Virus record (IMG/VR): IMGVR_UViG_2917413769_000005 | Strand: one strand, 5' to 3' | Source of the DNA: a virus | Taxonomy: Duplodnaviria; Heunggongvirae; Uroviricota; Caudoviricetes | Length of the DNA: 30,838 nucleotides | Part shown: piece after piece, positions 1-7,822 of the stretch | Position numbering within the stretch: position 1 is the stretch's first letter | Layout of the letters: every line of letters starts with the position of its first letter | Position numbers and translations under genes: made by a program | The notes under the pieces: generated by a model | Told to the model about the DNA's origin: nothing | Seen by the model: the letters and a program-made list of their open reading frames with translations, nothing else | Databases searched by the model: none

Positions 1-384
1 TCACTCATCAGCGCCGCACTTATCTCTGTAGCTAGAAGGTACTGGCTCGCTAAATCGGGTATAGATTTTTTTATCTGTTACATAGTATGAAACGCCAGCT
101 GAAAATATACCTTTGGGTTTCATGCTGATTTTCATGATGAATGGAGAAAATCCTTCATAGGCTCCGAAGCCATTTTTTCCATTGATCTGGCCGCATACGT
201 AGCCAACAGTAGCGCCTTCCGATGATTGCTCAGTCTGAACAAATCTTAAATATCTAAATTTAACGCTATCTGGATCCCTAACGTCAGTTGCTATTTCCTT
301 CTTACCTAATTCAACTGCTTTTTCTGCGCTTGGCTTGCATCCAACGAGAGAAACCAAAGCCAGTATTAACAACACCTTTTTCAT
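1..384 (-). CDS. small secreted lipoprotein of unknown function (moron-like or flanking gene)
   Basis: 127-aa ORF. The N-terminus MKKVLLILALVSLVGC is a type II signal peptide with an L-V-G-C lipobox. The region is visibly more AT-rich than the phage backbone. SD-like GGGATAGGGA lies upstream of the ATG. Confidence 0.7.
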   Translation of the reverse strand: MKKVLLILALVSLVGCKPSAEKAVELGKKEIATDVRDPDSVKFRYLRFVQTEQSSEGATVGYVCGQINGKNGFGAYEGFSPFIMKISMKPKGIFSAGVSYYVTDKKIYTRFSEPVPSSYRDKCGADE

Positions 385-402
385 ATCCCTATCCCATCAT
401 CG

Positions 403-430
403 CTATTAATATGCTGACCGATGTTATCAA
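403..430 (-). promoter_or_regulatory. candidate sigma70 promoter for the lipoprotein gene
   Basis: Minus strand reads TTGATA (425-430), a 16-nt spacer, then TAATAG (403-408), about 20 nt upstream of the ATG at 384. Confidence 0.4.
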
Positions 431-467
431 AGATATTTTCTCTGGAGAAAGCGTTTTACTTGAAGTT

Positions 468-496
468 GCCCCCGCACTGAATGGATTTACGGGGGC
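468..496. other. GC-rich hairpin downstream of ogr (weak terminator candidate)
   Basis: GCCCCCG (468-474) pairs with CGGGGGC (490-496) around a 15-nt loop. There is no convincing U-tract on the minus strand and only GCTTT on the plus strand. Confidence 0.3.
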
Positions 497-509
497 GCTT
501 TGACTATGG

Positions 510-758
510 TCAGAGAGCCAGATTAAGCTGGTCTCTGCCGTAATGTGATGCCGGGAAGGCATCGCGGGGGATGAAGTCAGGCGGTAGCGATGCAACACCT
601 GCGCGTTTTGTTACTTCCCTTTCCACACTGTTAAGCGTGGTGAATGACCGGCTACATTCCAGATTCTGACACTGGTGATATTGCCGGATTGTCATATCGG
701 TTATTTTACGGCTGGTACGTGTGCGGGCCATAGCGCCGCAAAATGGACATCTGAACAT
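510..758 (-). CDS. ogr: Ogr/Delta-family zinc-finger late transcription activator
   Basis: MFRCPFCGAMARTRTSRKITDMTIRQYHQCQNLECSRSF matches the P2 Ogr C-x2-C...C-x4-C zinc-finger pattern (P2: MFHCPLCQHAAHARTSRYITD...YHQCQNVNCSATF). Start placed at the ATG at 758, preceded by GGGGAG. The ORF-track start at 791 is probably too long. Confidence 0.9.
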   Translation of the reverse strand: MFRCPFCGAMARTRTSRKITDMTIRQYHQCQNLECSRSFTTLNSVEREVTKRAGVASLPPDFIPRDAFPASHYGRDQLNLAL

Positions 759-797
759 AATGATGGCTCCCCTGTGGGAGTTGAACTCCATTTCATT

Positions 798-1934
798 TTA
801 TTCAGTTTCCGCGATCCAGTCAGGTATTTTCGCTTCCAGCTCCAGCCGGGTGGTAAAACCGCTGTCGTCTATGACGTGCTCAGCACGCGCAATGATCCAA
901 TCCTGATTATCTATTTCATCCTTAAAACCACTTACCGTGACGTGCATTTCCGGGTAAAGCTCAGCGCGGCCACGCGCCAGGGTGATCGAAAACTCTGCTG
1001 CGCCACGCTGAAGCTGTTGCCACTTTGCCGCCGCCGCACGTTTCGCCGCCTCTTCATTCTGGTAGGTTTTGCGCAGCACATAAACGTTACCGTCTGCGCC
1101 CTCCATGTAATCGCCCTCGCGGCTGCTGCTCTTCTCTTTTTTGGGCTTTGCAGGTTTGCGGCGCTTAACGCTGACCTTTTTCTTTTTGCCAAAATTCAGA
1201 TCCAGCCAGTAAGCCCGGACGCCGGTATAGGCATCCCGATCGGCAATACGAAAGCGATGCCGGTCGCCACTTGTGCGATCAATACTGGCAGAGGGGAGCG
1301 CCTTCCCGTCAGCGGTCACACCACCACCCGGCAGGATAAACAGCAGACTGCCGTTCTTGACGGTGGCAATTGCGCCCAGCATGTCCGCCATGCGAGTAAG
1401 GAATGACATATCGCTTTCCTGCGTCTGGTCGGCGTGATCAATCTCAATATCTATGAGCATTTCACTGATCTGCGCCTTCAGTCCGTAGCGGTGCGCTATT
1501 GCCGACACAACTCGCTCAACGGTCACGTCATGCCATGAGACTTCGCGCTTTACGTTGAATTCTTCACGAAAATCAGCGCTGCGGGCAGTAACGCCAATGG
1601 TATCTGCCGGGCCTTCGTGGGAAACCTCGTCAACCGTGTACAGCCCCTTGTAAATCAGCGGTTCACCCAGCCAGCCAAATGATACGGCAAGCTCAGCCCC
1701 GCGCGGCGGCAGTGCAACCATACCGTCACTGTCATCAATGGAAATAGATAGCTGATCAGCATCAAAGCCCCTGTTGTCCGTCAGTGACAACGACATGATC
1801 CGATCATCAAGCTGCGTCAGTACCTTGCCGCCCATCGTAATGTTGAATCCCGGACTTTTTACCGCTTCGGTCAGTGAATCGTTATAACTGCTGACTGCGT
1901 CGTTAAGTGATTTGGTCAGGTCTGTAAGTGCCAT
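798..1934 (-). CDS. D: tail protein gpD (late control D family)
   Basis: 378 aa. LSLTDNRGFDADQLSISIDDSDG, ARSADFR...SWHD, QESDMSFLTR, a lysine-rich KKKKVSVKRRKPAKPKKEK stretch and GFTTRLELE are collinear with P2 gpD. SD AAGGGGGA lies before the ATG. Confidence 0.9.
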   Translation of the reverse strand: MALTDLTKSLNDAVSSYNDSLTEAVKSPGFNITMGGKVLTQLDDRIMSLSLTDNRGFDADQLSISIDDSDGMVALPPRGAELAVSFGWLGEPLIYKGLYTVDEVSHEGPADTIGVTARSADFREEFNVKREVSWHDVTVERVVSAIAHRYGLKAQISEMLIDIEIDHADQTQESDMSFLTRMADMLGAIATVKNGSLLFILPGGGVTADGKALPSASIDRTSGDRHRFRIADRDAYTGVRAYWLDLNFGKKKKVSVKRRKPAKPKKEKSSSREGDYMEGADGNVYVLRKTYQNEEAAKRAAAAKWQQLQRGAAEFSITLARGRAELYPEMHVTVSGFKDEIDNQDWIIARAEHVIDDSGFTTRLELEAKIPDWIAETE

Positions 1935-1987
1935 GCTTTCCCCCTTCTTCCGGCGAAGGATCCCACGCGCGCGGGAGATACCAAATC

Positions 1988-2060
1988 GGTTTTTGTTGTC
2001 ACCGTCCTGCCAGACCCGTAATAGCGTGAGTGGCGGTCAAACATGGGGGATTATCACTGC
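1988..2060 (+). promoter_or_regulatory. candidate Ogr-dependent late promoter for FI-FII-E-T-U (PF-like), possibly shared with divergent D/ogr
   Basis: GGTTTTTGTTGTCACCGTCCTGCCAGACC (1988-2016) contains TGT-N12-AGA (1997-2014). This is one mismatch from the P2/P4 late-promoter box TGT-N12-ACA. The -10-like GATTAT at 2049-2054 puts the box centre near -55. A near-identical box occurs at 18035-18062. Confidence 0.5.
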
Positions 2061-2087
2061 GAACTCAATAACGTAATGGTGGAAACT

Positions 2088-3269
2088 ATGGCGGAAGATC
2101 GCTTTCATGGTGCCCGCATCCGGGAGAATACCGACCTTGTGGCGGCTATCAATGACATTGAATCGAATGTCATTGGGGTCGTCGCCGTGGCGGATGATGC
2201 CGATGCGGAAGCCTTTCCCCTGAATACCCCCGTGTTAGTGACGCGGGTTAACAACGTGCTGGGTAAGGCGGGTAAAACCGGCTCCCTGTACAAAACGCTT
2301 AAGGCCATCGCTGACCAGACCAGCCCGAAGGTGATCGTTGTGCGCGTGGCAGCAGCTACGGAAGAGGAAGGCGGTAAAACGCAGGCACAGCTTATCATGG
2401 GCGGCACGGCAGAAGACGGCAGCTATACCGGCATGTACGCATTCCTGACGGCAGAACAGAAGGTCGGCTATCGTCCGCGCATTCTGGCTGTGCCGGGATA
2501 CGACACGGAAGAAGTGACCTCCGCGTTGTGCGTCATTGCGCAAAACCTGCGCGCGTTTGTCTATGCCAGTTGTTACGGCTGTAAGACGATGGCGGAAGCC
2601 ATCACCTATCGCGCAACCTTCGCCTACCGCGAACTTATGCTTATCTGGCCTGATTTCATCGCCTATAACCCGCTGACCGGAGAAAACGAAACCTTCCCGG
2701 CCCCGGCGTATGCCTGCGGCCTGCGTGCGCTGATTGACAACAATCAGGGCTGGCATAAATCGCTTTCCAACGTATCAGTCAACAACGTGCTGGGTATTTC
2801 TCAGGATGTTTTCTGGTCGCTTCAGGCAGAAGACAGCGACGCGAACGAACTGAACAACAAGGAGATCACGACGCTCATCAAGCGTAACGGATTCCGGTTC
2901 TGGGGAAACCGCGTCACGGATACCAAAGATTACATCTTTGAGGTTTATACCCGTACCGCCCAGATTCTGGCTGACAGCATTGCGGAAGCGCAGTTTGAGG
3001 CCATTGACGAACCGCTTACCCCAGCGAACGTCAAGGACGTGGTGAGCGGTATCAGCGGGAAACTCAGCTCGCTGGTGACGCAGGGGCGGCTAATCGGCGC
3101 TGAATGCTGGTTTGATATCCTGGATAACCCGACAACCGGGCTTCGACAGGGTCAGGTGCGCATTCGCTATAAATATACGCCGGTTCCGCCGATGGAGGAT
3201 CTGACGATGTACCAGACCTTCACCGATGAATACTTTGAATCGGCGTTCTCTTCGCTGGGAGGTGCATAA
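2088..3269 (+). CDS. FI: contractile tail sheath protein gpFI
   Basis: DADAEAFPLNTPVL, RPRILAVPGYDT, LRAFVYASCYGCKT, QGWHKSLSNVSVNNVLGIS, GFRFWGNR and YKYTPVPPMEDLT track P2 FI. Start chosen at MAEDRFHGARI (GGTGGA SD); the ORF-track start at 2043 looks too far upstream. Confidence 0.9.
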   Translation: MAEDRFHGARIRENTDLVAAINDIESNVIGVVAVADDADAEAFPLNTPVLVTRVNNVLGKAGKTGSLYKTLKAIADQTSPKVIVVRVAAATEEEGGKTQAQLIMGGTAEDGSYTGMYAFLTAEQKVGYRPRILAVPGYDTEEVTSALCVIAQNLRAFVYASCYGCKTMAEAITYRATFAYRELMLIWPDFIAYNPLTGENETFPAPAYACGLRALIDNNQGWHKSLSNVSVNNVLGISQDVFWSLQAEDSDANELNNKEITTLIKRNGFRFWGNRVTDTKDYIFEVYTRTAQILADSIAEAQFEAIDEPLTPANVKDVVSGISGKLSSLVTQGRLIGAECWFDILDNPTTGLRQGQVRIRYKYTPVPPMEDLTMYQTFTDEYFESAFSSLGGA

Positions 3270-3785
3270 ATGGCGGTTCCCCACAAACTGCGCCTGTTCA
3301 CCTGCTTTGTGAACGGCAGCAACTGCATCGGCAAAGTCTCTTCCGTGACGCTGCCAAAGCTGACACGTAAAACGGAAGACTTTCAGGGCGGCGGGATGAT
3401 TGGATCCGCTGCGGTGGATCTCGGTCTGGACAGTGGCGCGCTGGATACCACGATGGTGGTTGGCGGTCTGGTTCAGTCGCTTCTGCTGAACTACTGCGGC
3501 GATATCGACGAGACCCGCTTCCGCTTCGCCGGCGAGTATTACACCGATGGTGAAAGCCTGCTGGTTGAGGTCGAACTGCGCGGCCGCATCACCGAAATGG
3601 ACGGCGGTGAAAGCAAGCAGGGAGAAGACACCTCCGTCAGCTACACGATGAAGAACACCTACTACAAGCTCACCATCGACGATAAGCCGTTGTTTGAGTT
3701 TGATCTGCTGAACTTCATCTACAAGAAAGACGGCAAGAATATCTACCCTGACCGCATTACGTCTGCGCTGGGAATGGGTAACTGA
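3270..3785 (+). CDS. FII: tail tube protein gpFII
   Basis: MAVPHKLRLFTCFVNG...VTLPKLTRKTEDFQGGGM...VDLGLD...GESKQGEDTS closely parallels P2 FII. The ATG directly follows the FI TAA. Confidence 0.9.
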   Translation: MAVPHKLRLFTCFVNGSNCIGKVSSVTLPKLTRKTEDFQGGGMIGSAAVDLGLDSGALDTTMVVGGLVQSLLLNYCGDIDETRFRFAGEYYTDGESLLVEVELRGRITEMDGGESKQGEDTSVSYTMKNTYYKLTIDDKPLFEFDLLNFIYKKDGKNIYPDRITSALGMGN

Positions 3786-3833
3786 TTAACCTGATAAGTG
3801 GCGGCACACCCGTGCCGCCCGGAGTATTCAACA

Positions 3834-4151
3834 ATGAGCAAAAAAAACGATAACGCCATTACGCTGGCAAAACCCGTTGTTCGCGGCGATGAGAAAATTA
3901 CTCAGGTAACGATCACTGATGAGATCAAACAGGCTGGTTCCCTGCGCGGGCTGAAGCTGGTTAACGTGATGAATATGGATGTGGATTCAGTAGCGATATT
4001 GCTGACCCGCGTCACGTCACCGCGCCTCAAACAAACCGAGATCAACGAAATGGATACCCGTGATTTTGTCAGCCTGTCAGAAGCGCTCGTCCCTTTTTTG
4101 ACGCCTGCGGGGTCTGGAGCATCGAACGAGGCGGAGACGGAGAATCAGTAA
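3834..4151 (+). CDS. E: tail assembly chaperone gpE
   Basis: MSKKNDNAITLAKPVVRGDEKITQVTI..., with GGAG 10 nt upstream of the ATG at 3834. It holds the P2 gpE position between the tube and tape-measure genes. Confidence 0.85.
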   Translation: MSKKNDNAITLAKPVVRGDEKITQVTITDEIKQAGSLRGLKLVNVMNMDVDSVAILLTRVTSPRLKQTEINEMDTRDFVSLSEALVPFLTPAGSGASNEAETENQ

Positions 4152-4312
4152 CACTCCTGCGGTTCGACCTGATCGACGATCTGGTCGCTGATATCGCGGT
4201 TGTTTTCAACTGGCCGCCCTCTGAAGTCTTCACGATGGAACTGGGCGAAGTCATAGCCTGGCGTGAGCGGGCGGCTGTCCGAAGTGGAGCCAGTGACAGT
4301 GAAAAGCCTTAA
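3834..4312 (+). CDS. E': gpE+E' tail assembly chaperone made by programmed -1 frameshift
   Basis: Slippery TTTTTTG at 4094-4100 in the E frame. My hand translation of the -1 frame from 4100 gives DACGVWSIERGGDGESVTLLRFDLIDDLVADIAVVFNWPPSEVFTMELGEVIAWRERAAVRSG...KP, stopping at TAA 4310-4312. This is a typical E' extension overlapping the start of T. Confidence 0.75.
4094..4100 (+). promoter_or_regulatory. -1 ribosomal frameshift slippery heptamer (E/E')
   Basis: T6G heptamer, the same sequence as recalled for the P2 E/E' site, positioned near the end of E. Confidence 0.75.
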
Positions 4313-6797
4313 TATCCGCGTCGCGTTCAGCGCGATCGATAAACTTACCCGCCCGGTCAATGCCGCCCGCCAGAGTGCGGGCGGTTTGTCTGAATCCCTC
4401 AAAAAAACGCAATCCAGCATTAAAGATCTGGACAGCCAGTCCCGCACGTTCAACCGTCTGCGCGACAGCGTACAAAAGACCTCTCGCAAAATTGACGAAG
4501 CCAGCCGGACGCTTGAAGGGCTGAATCAGGCGCAGCGGGAAGGTACACAGCTTACAGACAAGCAAAAAGCACATATGGCAGCACTGGCCGCAAAGCTGGA
4601 GCGCCTTAACTCTGCACGCACGCAGGAAATGGTTAAGCTGCGTGCTGCCTCACAGGCGCTGCGCAGCCACGGCGTTTCACTGGTCGGCAGTGATCGCACC
4701 ATTCAGAGCGCGATACGTCGAACCGAACAGTACAACCAGACGCTGGAGCGGGAACGGCGACAGCTTGCCGCTGTCACACAGGCACGGGCGCGCTATGACC
4801 AGATGCAGCAAACAGCGGGTAAACTTCGCGGCGGTGGCACGATGGCCGTTGCCGGGGCCACTGCTGCCGGTTACGCAGCGGGACGCTTCTTATCCCCCGC
4901 TGTTGGGTTTGACCGGGAAATGTCCCGCGTGCAGGCGCTGACCCGTATAGATAAAAGCTCAACAGACTTTTCAGCACTTCGTGAACAGGCCAAAAAGCTG
5001 GGCGCTGAAACGCAGTTCACCACGACTGACGCCGCCAGCGGGCAGGCGTTTCTCGCTATGGCCGGTTTCACTCCGCAGGCCATTCAGGCAGCACTGCCCG
5101 GCGTGCTCAATATGGCACTGGCCGGTGGCATGGATTTAGGTGAAAGCGCCGATATCAGCTCAAACATCCTGTCTCAGTTCCGCCTCGATCCCAAAGAAAT
5201 GGATCGCGTCAGTGACGTATTAACTGGCGCGTTCACACGTACCAACACCGATCTGCAAAATATCGGTGAGGCTATGAAGTACGCCGGGACAGGTCTTTCC
5301 AATCTTGGCGTCAGTGTTGAACAGACAACAGCCATGATCGGCGTGATGGCAAACGTTGGCCTGCGCGGGAGTATCGCCGGGACAGGATTACAGGCCGCGT
5401 TTTCACGCCTTGCCGCGCCAACCGGCAGGGCAAAAACCGCTCTCAAAGAACTGGGAGTAGACGTTGCTGATGCCACGGGGAAAATGCGCCCTGCTGAAGA
5501 GGTTCTCACTGAACTCTATAAAAAGATCAGCAAGTACGGCGATACCGACAAGCTCTCTTTCTTTAAAGATATCGCCGGTGAAGAGGCGTCAAAGTCATTG
5601 CAGGCACTGGTTATGTCAGCCGGGAGCGGCGAACTTCAAAAGCTGCTGGAAGCACTGAAAAACGCCAAAGGTGAGGCACAGAAAGCCGCCAAAATAATGG
5701 CGGATAACCTTGATGGCGATCTCAAGAATCTGGACAGCGCATGGGAAGGGTTTCGCATCCAGATTAACGATCTCGTCGATAACCAGCTTCGCGCCCTGAC
5801 TCAGGGGCTGAGTGATGTTGTGGGGAATATGACGCAGTGGGCGAAGGAGAATCCGAAGCTCGCTCAATCCCTGCTGGTTGTCGGCGGCAGCATTCTGGCA
5901 CTGACCGCCGCCATTGGCGGCACATCGCTGGCGATCGGCCTGCTGATGGGGCCACTGGCTAAACTCCAGTTAGGTTTTACCCTATTGACAGGGGGCGCAA
6001 CCGGAACAATCTCCGCCCTACGAACGCTCGGAACAGCTTCCGGCCCGGCAATGGCAAGTGTGCGCGGTTGGGGGCCTGTTCTCACATCAATGCTTAGTAA
6101 GCTGCGAGGCATATCGATCATCACGCCCGGCATTCGTGCCGGTCTTATGGGTGCGTTTCTTTCCCCAGGGGCTGCATTAGGATCTCTGTTCAAAAACATC
6201 GGAATGCTCGCTCTTCGCCTGACAGGCTTTACGACCATATGGAGCATTATCACGACCTCAGTATCTGTACTGGGTGCAGCGCTCTCACTTCTACTTAGTC
6301 CGATTGGTCTGATAGCGGCGGCTTTTATCGCTGCCGGATTGCTAATCTGGAGATTCTGGGAGCCGATAAGAGCCTTTTTCACCGGTTTTTTCAGCGGAGT
6401 TATGCAGCAACTGGCACCTTTCCGTGATGCCTTTTTCCCTTTGACGCTGGCCTTCTCAGCAATAGCCAAAGTCGTTGGTGAAGTCTGGGACTGGTTTGTA
6501 AAACTCTTATCACCTGTGGAAAGTAGCCGTGAATCCCTTGATAAATGCGCATCAGCAGGGGAAACATTCGGTAAAGTCCTGGGTAGCGCCCTTCAGTTGC
6601 TGCTATTACCTCTGACAACCCTCATGGAAGGCATTGGCTGGGTACTGGAAAAACTCGGCCTTATCCCTTCTGGTCTGGAAGCTGCACGCCTGAAAGCTGA
6701 AAGCCTTAAAAAAGACCCTGTTATGTGGGAGTGGGATCCGCAGCAGAAAAAAAATGGTGCAAAAGGGATGGAACTGGTCGCCAGTCTCATCAGGTAA
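4263..6797 (+). CDS. T: tail tape measure protein gpT, N-terminal about 5/6 (reading frame ends just after an A8 run)
   Basis: 844-aa ORF with coiled-coil N-terminal repeats and a central TMP core (AETQFTTTDAASGQAFLAMAGF, MKYAGTGLSNLGV, IGVMANVGLRGSIAGTGL). A long hydrophobic Gly/Ala/Leu-rich segment follows. The true start is uncertain: GTG 4263, or GTG 4299 preceded by GGAG. Confidence 0.85.
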   Translation: MSGRLSEVEPVTVKSLNIRVAFSAIDKLTRPVNAARQSAGGLSESLKKTQSSIKDLDSQSRTFNRLRDSVQKTSRKIDEASRTLEGLNQAQREGTQLTDKQKAHMAALAAKLERLNSARTQEMVKLRAASQALRSHGVSLVGSDRTIQSAIRRTEQYNQTLERERRQLAAVTQARARYDQMQQTAGKLRGGGTMAVAGATAAGYAAGRFLSPAVGFDREMSRVQALTRIDKSSTDFSALREQAKKLGAETQFTTTDAASGQAFLAMAGFTPQAIQAALPGVLNMALAGGMDLGESADISSNILSQFRLDPKEMDRVSDVLTGAFTRTNTDLQNIGEAMKYAGTGLSNLGVSVEQTTAMIGVMANVGLRGSIAGTGLQAAFSRLAAPTGRAKTALKELGVDVADATGKMRPAEEVLTELYKKISKYGDTDKLSFFKDIAGEEASKSLQALVMSAGSGELQKLLEALKNAKGEAQKAAKIMADNLDGDLKNLDSAWEGFRIQINDLVDNQLRALTQGLSDVVGNMTQWAKENPKLAQSLLVVGGSILALTAAIGGTSLAIGLLMGPLAKLQLGFTLLTGGATGTISALRTLGTASGPAMASVRGWGPVLTSMLSKLRGISIITPGIRAGLMGAFLSPGAALGSLFKNIGMLALRLTGFTTIWSIITTSVSVLGAALSLLLSPIGLIAAAFIAAGLLIWRFWEPIRAFFTGFFSGVMQQLAPFRDAFFPLTLAFSAIAKVVGEVWDWFVKLLSPVESSRESLDKCASAGETFGKVLGSALQLLLLPLTTLMEGIGWVLEKLGLIPSGLEAARLKAESLKKDPVMWEWDPQQKKNGAKGMELVASLIR

Positions 6798-7281
6798 AAA
6801 CAATAACGGGAATACACCCCCGCCCGGAACGCCGCAACCCACATCACCGCTGACCGGCGATAACGGCACTATGCGTCGATTGCAGAACATCGACAGCAAC
6901 ACCAAAGCGACAGCCGACAACACGAAGAAGATCGGCCCCGGCGATATTGTATTTAAAAACCTGCCGCGTGCTCTGGCCGTTCGTGGGGAATGGAAAGAAT
7001 CGCAGCTGGCCAGCACGGTCAGGAACAACGGGTTAAGCGCACGCCCCGCAGTGGTGGCGGCATCGCTTCCCGTAAAACAGGCGGAACTTCCGCCAGTCAG
7101 CCGCAGCGCCAACAATATACCGGTTGCCACTGGCGGCTTTACGGGAGAAATCCACGTACACCTGCACGGCGTTGACCGGCAGGACGCGCGCGAAATTGGC
7201 CGCATTGCTGCCGACGCGGTGAATGCCGAAATTGCCCGCCTTGCGCGGCTTAATCGCGGCAGTTTCAAAGACAGAGATTAA
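6754..7281 (+). CDS. T: tape measure protein C-terminal segment, in the +1 frame relative to 4263-6797
   Basis: 175-aa ORF starting inside the A8 run. GDIVFKNLPRALAVRG...GEIHVHLHG...RLNRGSFKDRD looks like the usual C-terminus of P2-type tape-measure proteins. Removing one A from 6747-6754 fuses the two ORFs. Confidence 0.7.
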   Translation: MVQKGWNWSPVSSGKNNNGNTPPPGTPQPTSPLTGDNGTMRRLQNIDSNTKATADNTKKIGPGDIVFKNLPRALAVRGEWKESQLASTVRNNGLSARPAVVAASLPVKQAELPPVSRSANNIPVATGGFTGEIHVHLHGVDRQDAREIGRIAADAVNAEIARLARLNRGSFKDRD

Positions 7282-7295
7282 GGGGAGGCAACATT

Positions 7296-7784
7296 ATGAT
7301 GATGATATATGGGATGTTCGTTTTTGAACTGAAGACGCTGCCTTACCAGCAACTGCGCCACTCGCTGAACTGGCGTCATGTGAAGAATGATCGCATCAAC
7401 CGATCGGCAAAATGGCAGTACATCGGCGCAGGTGAGACGCAGATCAACCTTGATGGAGTGCTCTACCCTGAAATTACAGGCGGAGACGTATCTCTTACCG
7501 TGCTGGCAACGCAGGCATACACTGGGCGTCCGTGGCCTTTAATCAGCGGCGCGGGGCAGATTTACGGGATGTATGTGCTGACCGGACTACAGGCCACGCA
7601 TACGGAATTTGACCGCTACGGAAAGGCGAAAAAAATAGAGTTTTCGATCAGCTTCCAGCGCTGCGATGAAGACCTGCGCGAACGCCTGCAAGCGTCGTCT
7701 GTTGGCGATCTGCTTTCAGGGCTGAAGGATAAAGCCACGTCCGCCTATAATTCTGCCAGTAGTACGCTGTCGGGCCTGTTCTGA
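7296..7784 (+). CDS. U: tail protein gpU
   Basis: MMMIYGMFVFELKTLPYQQLRHSLNWRH...GVLYPEITGG resembles P2 gpU. A strong SD (AAGGGGAGG) lies upstream. Confidence 0.85.
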   Translation: MMMIYGMFVFELKTLPYQQLRHSLNWRHVKNDRINRSAKWQYIGAGETQINLDGVLYPEITGGDVSLTVLATQAYTGRPWPLISGAGQIYGMYVLTGLQATHTEFDRYGKAKKIEFSISFQRCDEDLRERLQASSVGDLLSGLKDKATSAYNSASSTLSGLF

Positions 7785-7801
7785 CTGCACCCCATAAAAC
7801 T

Positions 7802-7822
7802 AAAGCGGGCTTTGCCCGCTTT
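7802..7822. terminator. bidirectional rho-independent terminator between convergent U and G
   Basis: AAAGCGGGC (7802-7810), a TTT loop, then GCCCGCTTT (7814-7822). T-runs follow the stem on both strands (TTTATCTT on the plus strand, TTTAGTTTTAT on the minus strand). Confidence 0.8.

Noticed and set aside
675-1406. 243-aa plus-strand ORF (and the nested 721-906 and 932-1192 ORFs)
   Set aside because: It lies antisense to, or overlaps, the well-supported ogr and gpD genes. It has an Arg/Cys-rich, low-complexity composition typical of off-frame translation in GC-rich DNA, and no SD or family features.
1772-1795. GTTGTC-N7-GACAAC palindrome inside gpD, resembling the TTGTTGTC half of the late-promoter box
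   Set aside because: It lies within coding sequence, has the wrong spacing (N7 rather than N12), and lacks the CCAGACC half and any downstream -10. It is probably coincidental.
2043-2087. Upstream extension of FI (MGDYHCELNNVMVETM...), superficially like the P2 FI start MSDYHHG
   Set aside because: Alignment with P2 FI actually begins at DRFHGARIRE (matching P2 DYHHGVQVLE), and a GGTGGA SD precedes the ATG at 2088. The upstream ATG would also fall inside the predicted late-promoter leader.
6606-7268. 220-aa minus-strand ORF (also 5864-6469, 5174-5509 and other minus ORFs inside gpT)
   Set aside because: It is antisense to the tape-measure gene, has a Ser/Arg/Pro/Ala-rich composition, and no start context. 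It is an expected shadow ORF of a GC-rich, repetitive gene.
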